In this document: piece by piece, positions 41,101 through 53,100 of the stretch | How the letters are laid out: the number at the start of each line of letters is the position of its first letter | Position numbering within the stretch: position 1 is the stretch's first letter | Source: Lytechinus pictus | Taxonomy: Eukaryota | DNA length: 64,000 nucleotides | Assembly (NCBI RefSeq): GCF_037042905.1 | Contig: NC_087253.1 | Span: forward strand, 18,724,001 to 18,788,000 | Direction of reading: 5' to 3' | Program-made: the position numbers and the translations under genes | Notes under the pieces: model-generated | Databases searched by the model: none | What the model was told of the DNA's origin: nothing | What the model saw: the letters and a program-made list of their open reading frames with translations, nothing else

Positions 41101-44100
41101 CCAAGAATGAAGTGCTAGATGTTGTCATTGATGACGACCCCAATAATGAAGTGATAGATGGTGTCATTGATGATGACCCTAAGGTTGAAGTACTAGATGG
41201 TGTCATTGATGATGACCCTAAGGTTGAAGTAATAGATGGTGTGATTGATGCTGTTTCAATGTATGAAGTGATAGATGGTATCATTGATGATGACCCCAAG
41301 GATGAAGTGATAGATGGTGTCATTGATGATGAACCTAGAGATGAAGTGATAGATGGTATCATTGATGTTGTTTCAGTTATTGAACTTGTAGATGTCATTA
41401 AATTTGTTTCAGTCATTGAGGTTGTAGATGGTATTATTGATGTTGTCTCAGTAATTGAAGTAGTAGATGCTGTCATTGAAGTTGTCTCAGTAATTGACGA
41501 AGTAGATTGTGTCATTGAAGATGTTTCAGTCATTGAAGTTGCAGATGGTGTCATTGAAGTTGATTCAGTTATTGAACTTGTAGATGTCATTAAATTTGTT
41601 TCAGTCATTGAGGTTGTAGATGGTATTATTGATGTTGTCTCAGTAATTGAAGTAGTAGATGCTGTCATTGAAGTTGTCTCAGTAATTGACGAAGTAGATT
41701 GTGTCATTGAAGATGTTTCAGTAATTGAAGTTGAAGTTGAAATTGAAGTTGTTGAAGGTATTATAGACGATGTTGCACTAATTGAATTTGTAGAAGGTGT
41801 TATAGACGTTGTCTCAGTCATTGAAGTTGTAGATGGTGTGATTGATGTTGTATCAGTGATTGTTGTCATTGATGACGACCCCAAGAATGAAGTGATAGAT
41901 GGTGTCATTGATGATGACCCTAGAGATGAGGAGATAGATGGTGTCATTGAAGATGACTCTAAGGATGAAGTGATCGATGGTGTCATTGATGATGACCCCA
42001 AGAATGAAGTGCTAGATGTTGTCATTGATGACGACCCCAATAATGAAGTGATAGATGGTGTCATTGATGATGACCCTAAGGTTGAAGTACTAGATGGTGT
42101 CATTGATGATGACCCTAAGGTTGAAGTAATAGATGGTGTGATTGATGCTGTTTCAATGTATGAAGTGATAGATGGTATCATTGATGATGACCCCAAGGAT
42201 GAAGTGATAGATGGTGTCATTGATGATGAACCTAGAGATGAAGTGATAGATGGTATCATTGATGTTGTTTCAGTTATTGAACTTGTAGATGTCATTAAAT
42301 TTGTTTCAGTCATTGAGGTTGTAGATGGTATTATTGATGTTGTCTCAGTAATTGAAGTAGTAGATGGTGTGATTGATGCTGTTTCAATGTATGAAGTGAT
42401 AGATGGTATCATTGATGATGACCCCAAGGATGAAGTGATAGATTGTGTCATTGAAGATGTTTCAGTCATTGAAGTTGCAGATGGTGTCATTGAAGTTGAT
42501 TCAGTTATTGAACTTGTAGATGTCATTAAATTTGTTTCAGTCATTGAGGTTGTAGATGGTATTATTGATGTTGTCTCAGTAATTGAAGTAGTAGATGCTG
42601 TCATTGAAGTTGTCTCAGTAATTGACGAAGTAGATTGTGTCATTGAAGATGTTTCAGTAATTGAAGTTGAAGTTGAAATTGAAGTTGTTGAAGGTATTAT
42701 AGACGATGTTGCACTAATTGAATTTGTAGAAGGTGTTATAGACGTTGTCTCAGTCATTGAAGTTGTAGATGGTGTGATTGATGTTGTATCAGTGATTGTT
42801 GTCATTGATGACGACCCCAAGAATGAAGTGATAGATGATGTCATTGATGATGACCCTAAGGTTGACGTACTAGATGGTGTCATTGATGATGACCCTAGAG
42901 ATGAGGAGATAGATGGTGTCATTGAAGATGACTCTAAGGATGAAGTGATCGATGGTGTCATTGATGATGACCCCAAGAATGAAGTGCTAGATGTTGTCAT
43001 TGATGATGAACCTAGAGATGAAGTGATAGATGGTATCATTGATGTTGTTTCAGTTATTGAACTTGTAGATGTCATTAAATTTGTTTCAGTCATTGAGGTT
43101 GTAGATGGTATTATTGATGTTGTCTCAGTAATTGAAGTAGTAGATGGTGTGATTGATGCTGTTTCAATGTATGAAGTGATAGATGGTATCATTGATGATG
43201 ACCCCAAGGATGAAGTGATAGATTGTGTCATTGAAGATGTTTCAGTCATTGAAGTTGCAGATGGTGTCATTGAAGTTGATTCAGTTATTGAACTTGTAGA
43301 TGTCATTAAATTTGTTTCAGTCATTGAGGTTGTAGATGGTATTATTGATGTTGTCTCAGTAATTGAAGTAGTAGATGCTGTCATTGAAGTTGTCTCAGTA
43401 ATTGACGAAGTAGATTGTGTCATTGAAGATGTTTCAGTAATTGAAGTTGAAGTTGAAATTGAAGTTGTTGAAGGTATTATAGACGATGTTGCACTAATTG
43501 AATTTGTAGAAGGTGTTATAGACGTTGTCTCAGTCATTGAAGTTGTAGATGGTGTGATTGATGTTGTATCAGTGATTGTTGTCATTGATGACGACCCCAA
43601 GAATGAAGTGATAGATGGTGTCATTGATGATGACCCTAAGGTTGACGTACTAGATGGTGTCATTGATGATGACCCTAGAGATGAGGAGATAGATGGTGTC
43701 ATTGAAGATGACTCTAAGGATGAAGTGATCGATGGTGTCATTGATGATGACCCCAAGAATGAAGTGCTAGATGTTGTCATTGATGATGAACCTAGAGATG
43801 AAGTGATAGATGGTATCATTGATGTTGTTTCAGTTATTGAACTTGTAGATGTCATTAAATTTGTTTCAGTCATTGAGGTTGTAGATGGTATTATTGATGT
43901 TGTCTCAGTAATTGAAGTAGTAGATGCTGTCATTGAAGTTGTCTCAGTAATTGACGAAGTAGATTGTGTCATTGAAGATGTTTCAGTCATTGAAGTTGCA
44001 GATGGTGTCATTGAAGTTGATTCAGTTATTGAACTTGTAGATGTCATTAAATTTGTTTCAGTCATTGAGGTTGTAGATGGTATTATTGATGTTGTCTCAG

Positions 44101-47100
44101 TAATTGAAGTAGTAGATGCTGTCATTGAAGTTGTCTCAGTAATTGACGAAGTAGATTGTGTCATTGAAGATGTTTCAGTAATTGAAGTTGAAGTTGAAAT
44201 TGAAGTTGTTGAAGGTATTATAGACGATGTTGCACTAATTGAATTTGTAGAAGGTGTTATAGACGTTGTCTCAGTCATTGAAGTTGTAGATGGTGTGATT
44301 GATGTTGTATCAGTGATTGTTGTCATTGATGACGACCCCAAAAATGAAGTGATAGATGGTGTCATTGATGATGACCCTAAGGTTGACGTACTAGATGGTG
44401 TCATTGATGATGACCCTAGAGATGAGGAGATAGATGGTGTCATTGAAGATGACTCTAAGGATGAAGTGATCGATGGTGTCATTGATGATGACCCGAAGAA
44501 TGAAGTGCTAGATGTTGTCATTGATGACGACCCCAATAATGAAGTGATAGATGGTGTCATTGATGATGACCCTAAGGTTGAAGTACTAGATGGTGTCATT
44601 GATGATGACCCTAAGGTTGAAGTAATAGATGGTGTGATTGATGCTGTTTCAATGTATGAAGTGATAGATGGTATCATTGATGATGACCCCAAGGATGAAG
44701 TGATAGATGGTGTCATTGATGATGAACCTAGAGATGAAGTGATAGATGGTATCATTGATGTTGTTTCAGTTATTGAACTTGTAGATGTCATTAAATTTGT
44801 TTCAGTCATTGAGGTTGTAGATGGTATTATTGATGTTGTCTCAGTAATTGAAGTAGTAGATGCTGTCATTGAAGTTGTCTCAGTAATTGACGAAGTAGAT
44901 TGTGTCATTGAAGATGTTTCAGTCATTGAAGTTGCAGATGGTGTCATTGAAGTTGATTCAGTTATTGAACTTGTAGATGTCATTAAATTTGTTTCAGTCA
45001 TTGAGGTTGTAGATGGTATTATTGATGTTGTCTCAGTAATTGAAGTAGTAGATGCTGTCATTGAAGTTGTCTCAGTAATTGACGAAGTAGATTGTGTCAT
45101 TGAAGATGTTTCAGTAATTGAAGTTGAAGTTGAAATTGAAGTTGTTGAAGGTATTATAGACGATGTTGCACTAATTGAATTTGTAGAAGGTGTTATAGAC
45201 GTTGTCTCAGTCATTGAAGTTGTAGATGGTGTGATTGATGTTGTATCAGTGATTGTTGTCATTGATGACGACCCCAAGAATGAAGTGATAGATGGTGTCA
45301 TTGATGATGACCCTAAGGTTGACGTACTAGATGGTGTCATTGATGATGACCCTAGAGATGAGTAGATAGATGGTGTCATTGAAGATGACTCTAAGGATGA
45401 AGTGATCGATGGTGTCATTGATGATGACCCTAAGGTTGACGTACTAGATGGTGTCATTGATGATGACCCTAGAGATGAGGAGATAGATGGTGTCATTGAA
45501 GATGACTCTAAGGATGAAGTGATCGATGGTGTCATTGATGATGACCCCAAGAATGAAGTGCTAGATGTTGTCATTGATGATGAACCTAGAGATGAAGTGA
45601 TAGATGGTATCATTGATGTTGTTTCAGTTATTGAACTTGTAGATGTCATTAAATTTGTTTCAGTCATTGAGGTTGTAGATGGTATTATTGATGTTGTCTC
45701 AGTAATTGAAGTAGTAGATGCTGTCATTGAAGTTGTCTCAGTAATTGACGAAGTAGATTGTGTCATTGAAGATGTTTCAGTCATTGAAGTTGCAGATGGT
45801 GTCATTGAAGTTGATTCAGTTATTGAACTTGTAGATGTCATTAAATTTGTTTCAGTCATTGAGGTTGTAGATGGTATTATTGATGTTGTCTCAGTAATTG
45901 AAGTAGTAGATGCTGTCATTGAAGTTGTCTCAGTAATTGACGAAGTAGATTGTGTCATTGAAGATGTTTCAGTAATTGAAGTTGAAGTTGAAATTGAAGT
46001 TGTTGAAGGTATTATAGACGATGTTGCACTAATTGAATTTGTAGAAGGTGTTATAGACGTTGTCTCAGTCATTGAAGTTGTAGATGGTGTGATTGATGTT
46101 GTATCAGTGATTGTTGTCATTGATGACGACCCCAAAAATGAAGTGATAGATGGTGTCATTGATGATGACCCTAAGGTTGACGTACTAGATGGTGTCATTG
46201 ATGATGACCCTAGAGATGAGGAGATAGATGGTGTCATTGAAGATGACTCTAAGGATGAAGTGATCGATGGTGTCATTGATGATGACCCGAAGAATGAAGT
46301 GCTAGATGTTGTCATTGATGACGACCCCAATAATGAAGTGATAGATGGTGTCATTGATGATGACCCTAAGGTTGAAGTACTAGATGGTGTCATTGATGAT
46401 GACCCTAAGGTTGAAGTAATAGATGGTGTGATTGATGCTGTTTCAATGTATGAAGTGATAGATGGTATCATTGATGATGACCCCAAGGATGAAGTGATAG
46501 ATGGTGTCATTGATGATGAACCTAGAGATGAAGTGATAGATGGTATCATTGATGTTGTTTCAGTTATTGAACTTGTAGATGTCATTAAATTTGTTTCAGT
46601 CATTGAGGTTGTAGATGGTATTATTGATGTTGTCTCAGTAATTGAAGTAGTAGATGCTGTCATTGAAGTTGTCTCAGTAATTGACGAAGTAGATTGTGTC
46701 ATTGAAGATGTTTCAGTCATTGAAGTTGCAGATGGTGTCATTGAAGTTGATTCAGTTATTGAACTTGTAGATGTCATTAAATTTGTTTCAGTCATTGAGG
46801 TTGTAGATGGTATTATTGATGTTGTCTCAGTAATTGAAGTAGTAGATGCTGTCATTGAAGTTGTCTCAGTAATTGACGAAGTAGATTGTGTCATTGAAGA
46901 TGTTTCAGTAATTGAAGTTGAAGTTGAAATTGAAGTTGTTGAAGGTATTATAGACGATGTTGCACTAATTGAATTTGTAGAAGGTGTTATAGACGTTGTC
47001 TCAGTCATTGAAGTTGTAGATGGTGTGATTGATGTTGTATCAGTGATTGTTGTCATTGATGACGACCCCAAGAATGAAGTGATAGATGGTGTCATTGATG

Positions 47101-50100
47101 ATGACCCTAAGGTTGACGTACTAGATGGTGTCATTGATGATGACCCTAGAGATGAGTAGATAGATGGTGTCATTGAAGATGACTCTAAGGATGAAGTGAT
47201 CGATGGTGTCATTGATGATGACCCCAAGAATGAAGTGCTAGATGTTGTCATTGATGACGACCCCAATAATGAAGTGATAGATGGTGTCATTGATGATGAC
47301 CCTAAGGTTGAAGTACTAGATGGTGTCATTGATGATGACCCTAAGGTTGAAGTAATAGATGGTGTGATTGATGCTGTTTCAATGTATGAAGTGATAGATG
47401 GTATCATTGATGATGACCCCAAGGATGAAGTGATAGATGGTGTCATTGATGATGAACCTAGAGATGAAGTGATAGATGGTATCATTGATGTTGTTTCAGT
47501 TATTGAACTTGTAGATGTCATTAAATTTGTTTCAGTCATTGAGGTTGTAGATGGTATTATTGATGTTGTCTCAGTAATTGAAGTAGTAGATGCTGTCATT
47601 GAAGTTGTCTCAGTAATTGACGAAGTAGATTGTGTCATTGAAGATGTTTCAGTCATTGAAGTTGCAGATGGTGTCATTGAAGTTGATTCAGTTATTGAAC
47701 TTGTAGATGTCATTAAATTTGTTTCAGTCATTGAGGTTGTAGATGGTATTATTGATGTTGTCTCAGTAATTGAAGTAGTAGATGCTGTCATTGAAGTTGT
47801 CTCAGTAATTGACGAAGTAGATTGTGTCATTGAAGATGTTTCAGTAATTGAAGTTGAAGTTGAAATTGAAGTTGTTGAAGGTATTATAGACGATGTTGCA
47901 CTAATTGAATTTGTAGAAGGTGTTATAGACGTTGTCTCAGTCATTGAAGTTGTAGATGGTGTGATTGATGTTGTATCAGTGATTGTTGTCATTGATGACG
48001 ACCCCAAGAATGAAGTGATAGATGGTGTCATTGATGATGACCCTAGAGATGAGGAGATAGATGGTGTCATTGAAGATGACTCTAAGGATGAAGTGATCGA
48101 TGGTGTCATTGATGATGACCCCAAGAATGAAGTGCTAGATGTTGTCATTGATGACGACCCCAATAATGAAGTGATAGATGGTGTCATTGATGATGACCCT
48201 AAGGTTGAAGTACTAGATGGTGTCATTGATGATGACCCTAAGGTTGAAGTAATAGATGGTGTGATTGATGCTGTTTCAATGTATGAAGTGATAGATGGTA
48301 TCATTGATGATGACCCCAAGGATGAAGTGATAGATGGTGTCATTGATGATGAACCTAGAGATGAAGTGATAGATGGTATCATTGATGTTGTTTCAGTTAT
48401 TGAACTTGTAGATGTCATTAAATTTGTTTCAGTCATTGAGGTTGTAGATGGTATTATTGATGTTGTCTCAGTAATTGAAGTAGTAGATGCTGTCATTGAA
48501 GTTGTCTCAGTAATTGACGAAGTAGATTGTGTCATTGAAGATGTTTCAGTCATTGAAGTTGAAGATGGTGTCATTGAAGTTGATTCAGTTATTGAACTTG
48601 TAGATGTCATTAAATTTGTTTCAGTCATTGAGGTTGTAGATGGTATTATTGATGTTGTCTCAGTAATTGAAGTAGTAGATGCTGTCATTGAAGATGTTTC
48701 AGTAATTGAAGTTGAAGTTGAAATTGAAGTTGTTGAAGGTATTATAGACGATGTTGCACTAATTGAATTTGTAGAAGGTGTTATAGACGTTGTCTCAGTC
48801 ATTGAAGTTGTAGATGGTGTGATTGATGTTGTATCAGTGATTGTTGTCATTGATGACGACCCCAAGAATGAAGTGATAGATGGTGTCATTGATGATGACC
48901 CTAAGGTTGACGTACTAGATGGTGTCATTGATGATGACCCTAGAGATGAGGAGATAGATGGTGTCATTGAAGATGACTCTAAGGATGAAGTGATCGATGG
49001 TGTCATTGATGATGACCCTAAGGATGAAGTGATAGATGGTGTCATTGATGATGACCCCAAGGATGAGGTGATAGATGGCATCATTGATGATGACCCTAGA
49101 GATGAGGAGATAGATGGTATCATTGATGATGAATATAAGGATGAAGTGATATATGGTGTCATTGATGATGACCCTAGAGATGAGGAGATAGATGGTGTCA
49201 TTGATGATGACCCTAAGGTTGAAGTAATAGATGGTGGGATTGATGTTGTTTCAATGTATGAAGTAAAAGATGGTGTGATTGATGATGGCCCTAAGGATGA
49301 AATGATGGATGGTGCCATTGATGATGACCCCAAGGATAAAGTGATAGATGGTGTCATTGATGATGAACCTAGAGATGAAGTGATAGATGGTGTCATTGAT
49401 GATGACCCTAAGATTGAAGTAATAGATGATGGGATTGATGTTGTTTCAATGTATGAAGTAAAAGATGGTGTGATTGATGATGACCCCAAGGATGAAGTGA
49501 TAGATGGTGTCATTGATGATGGCCCTAAGGATGAAATGATGGATGGTGCCATTGATGATGACCCCAAGGATGAAGTGATAGATGGTGTCATTGATGATGA
49601 CCCTAAGGTTGAAGTACTAGATGGTGTCATTGATGATGACCCCAAGAATGAAGTGCTAGATGTTGTCATTGATGACGACCCCAATAATGAAGTGATAGAT
49701 GGTGTCATTGATGATGACCCTAAGGTTGAAGTACTAGATGGTGTCATTGATGATGACCCTAAGGTTGAAGTAATAGATGGTGTGATTGATGCTGTTTCAA
49801 TGTATGAAGTGATAGATGGTATCATTGATGATGACCCCAAGGATGAAGTGATAGATGGTGTCATTGATGATGAACCTAGAGATGAAGTGATAGATGGTAT
49901 CATTGATGTTGTTTCAGTTATTGAACTTGTAGATGTCATTAAATTTGTTTCAGTCATTGAGGTTGTAGATGGTATTATTGATGTTGTCTCAGTAATTGAA
50001 GTAGTAGATGCTGTCATTGAAGTTGTCTCAGTAATTGACGAAGTAGATTGTGTCATTGAAGATGTTTCAATCATTGAAGTTGCAGATGGTGTCATTGAAG

Positions 50101-53100
50101 TTGATTCAGTTATTGAACTTGTAGATGTCATTAAATTTGTTTCAGTCATTGAGGTTGTAGATGGTATTATTGATGTTGTCTCAGTAATTGAAGTAGTAGA
50201 TGCTGTCATTGAAGTTGTCTCAGTAATTGACGAAGTAGATTGTGTCATTGAAGATGTTTCAGTAATTGAAGTTGAAGATAGTGTCATTGACGTTGTTGAA
50301 GGTATTATAGACGATGTTGCACTAATTGAATTTGTAGAAGGTGTTATAGACGTTGTCTCAGTCATTGAAGTTGTAGATGGTGTGATTGATGTTGTATCAG
50401 TGATTGAATTTGCAGACGATGTTATCGATGCTGATTCAGAGGAGGAGGAAACAAATGACATCATTGATGATGTCACTGTAGTCGAAGATGTAGATGTTGC
50501 TACTGAGGTGGCAGACGGTGTCATTGATGTCGTGGTTGCCGTAGCAGTTTGCGTTAAAGTATCGGTTGTCACCATGAAAGATGATATTGGCGTAGCAGTT
50601 GATGATATGCTAGTTGAGGTCGCTGAAGATGCTGCAGCTGTCGCTGTGGTAGATGACGTTGGCATTAGGGTTGTTGCCGTAGTTTCTATGTTGGAAATCC
50701 GAAAATTCAGGTAATCTCATTTTAACATCTATTTCGTATCTCGCATTTTATGGAATAGGTCTATCATTATTGTTTCATGTAAAATTTAATTTAGAAATAC
50801 GTATACACATTGGCGCTCATAAATTGTCGATAGCAACTGGTTTTCAGTGCATGATAAAGGAAAAGAGCAAAAAATATGTATAGCGTTAGTTGCAGAGACC
50901 GAGAATCGCATTTTGCTCATTTTCTGAAAATATGAAAAGTATTTTTTTCTGTCAGGTTCATTCAACTATAAGAATATCGATATAACAAATTTGGATGACA
51001 GTAAGCCTTTATTTTGGAGTAAAGGTCAGATTTTATAGCGTCAGTTGGTAAAAACATGAAACATTAGACCATGACAAATATTGGGTTTCTCTTTAAGGAC
51101 GTTCCACAGTTGTCGTGAAATCCATGTCATTTTTACCAATCTTTGCACATAGATACTTTAGCACCTGAATATTTTAAATATGCAAAAATTAACATGGGTC
51201 CATGTGCTTGATTTTTTGCTATACAGTGCGTATAAAAACGGGGCAGTTTTGCAAAGTCTATAAAAATTTGTTTCAAATTATGATATCTATATATTGATGT
51301 TAATAGATGCTCCAAAATCTTATCTTTGAAATACCATTTAAAAATATAAATTTTGTTCATGCTTGAGCGGACACGGGACGTTTTTGTTGGGGGTTCAAAA
51401 AGAGGCTTGCGCCAGAATGGCAGAAATGAGAAATTTGATGATCAGACTTCTTGCTAATCAGCAGAATTCCTCTTAACCATTTCATTATCTTTGCAATGAC
51501 TTTCGAATTATGCTGTCAAATTTCATTTACAAATTTATTTACTTGAATTATTTGGTTTTTCATTAAAACTTCTTTAACCTTTGAATTTTCTTTCATATGT
51601 AAGAAAAGAAGACTTTTTGTCAACCCAAGCAAAAATATTTGCATTATTAATTGAGAGAACTTGTATTCATTCAAATCGTATTTTATTACGTGAAACAAGT
51701 TATGTTATGGTACCTTTAATGAATCTTATTTTCAAGGGGTTATTGATTCCTTGACCAAGTTTAATTATGTGCTTGACAGGACAAACAAGAAAGGATTCAT
51801 GTCTTTCAATGGCAATGGTGTATTGAGTCAATTTTGAACGAGGTAGATATGGCAGATCGGATAAAATGTATTTAAAAAGTTGTGAGCGAGCGAAGCGAGC
51901 AAGCAAAAATTTCCACTTTTTTAATCAGAATATCAACATTTTGTGATACATTTTGACATAATATTCAGAAAATAAATCATATTTCACTTTCTATCTTTCC
52001 TTTTATTTCCTTTCCACTTTTTTTTTTTTTTGGGGGGGGGGGACACCCGAGCCCCTGCCCATCTGTATGCCACTGTTCAAAGGCACCATAACCTTTGTAG
52101 CACACAATGAATAGATTTGAAATGAAATACACGCTCTACCATACTTTGGTTGATTTTTTTTGCTTAAAGAAGGAATATTGAAAGCTAAAAGAGAACATAT
52201 TAAAAAGAAACAACAGAACAATTCAAGCAAATAAACAGATTTGAAAATGAATTTTGACCGTATAAGTTGAAAATTATGGCAAAGATAATGAAAAGGATAC
52301 GAGGAAGTCTGCTCATTAGCAAGAAGTCCAATCATCATATTTATCAGTTTATGCCATTTTAGCGCAAGCCTCCTTTTTAACCCTAGACAAAAACATTGCG
52401 TGTTCGCTCAAGCATGAACGAAACTATTTTTTTAATGGCATTTGATAGAAAAAAATCAGAACACCTATTAACACCTAAATATAGACATCATGATCTGAAA
52501 CAATAATTTTATAGACTTTTCAAATCTGTCCCGTTTTTTTTTTGATACACACTGTAGAGCTTTAAGGTAGCCCAAATGGACGTTCTTGAAATTTGCGCAT
52601 TCAAACGAATTTAATAATACATGAAGAATAATAATAATATAGAGTATTTATAAAGCGCCAAATCCACATTGATTATGTGCTCAAGGCGCTGAACAATAAA
52701 GAATCTATTTATATTGCTATTTGTTTTCTCTTTTAAGTCTGACAGCACTGTCACTTCTTAAAAATGGTGTGATACATAAAAAACAATAAAAAAAAAGTGA
52801 TATTTCAATAACAAACTTGAGAAGTACAATGAATGCTGCACTTTTTTCAAAACCCATGTAATTTTCACCAAACTTTGTCAGATTGTATAAAAAGGTATAC
52901 CTAAGAGGCAGTGGCGTACCTAGGATTTTCCACAGGGGGGGGGCAATATCGGCCGCCAAAAAAATTGACAAGCAAAACAAAAAAAAACAAAAAAAAAAAG
53001 GTCTTCAATCAAAAATAAAGGTTATTGTACCTGAAAAAAAATTGACAAGCAAAAAAAAAATAATAAAAAAAAATAAAACAAAAAATCTTCAAGCTCGTCA

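Noticed and set aside
36350-50410. CRISPR-like or non-coding satellite array
   Set aside because: No unique spacers; all unit lengths preserve the frame; spliceosomal eukaryotic context.
35985-50714. Very long plus-strand V/I/D/E-rich ORFs (up to 1430 aa) antisense to the mucin exon
   Set aside because: These are compositional shadows. The first base of each plus codon is the complement of the middle base of a mucin codon, which is mostly C in S/T/P/A and so gives G-starting codons. Stops appear exactly where the sense strand has the rare IYS variant. There is no independent coding evidence.
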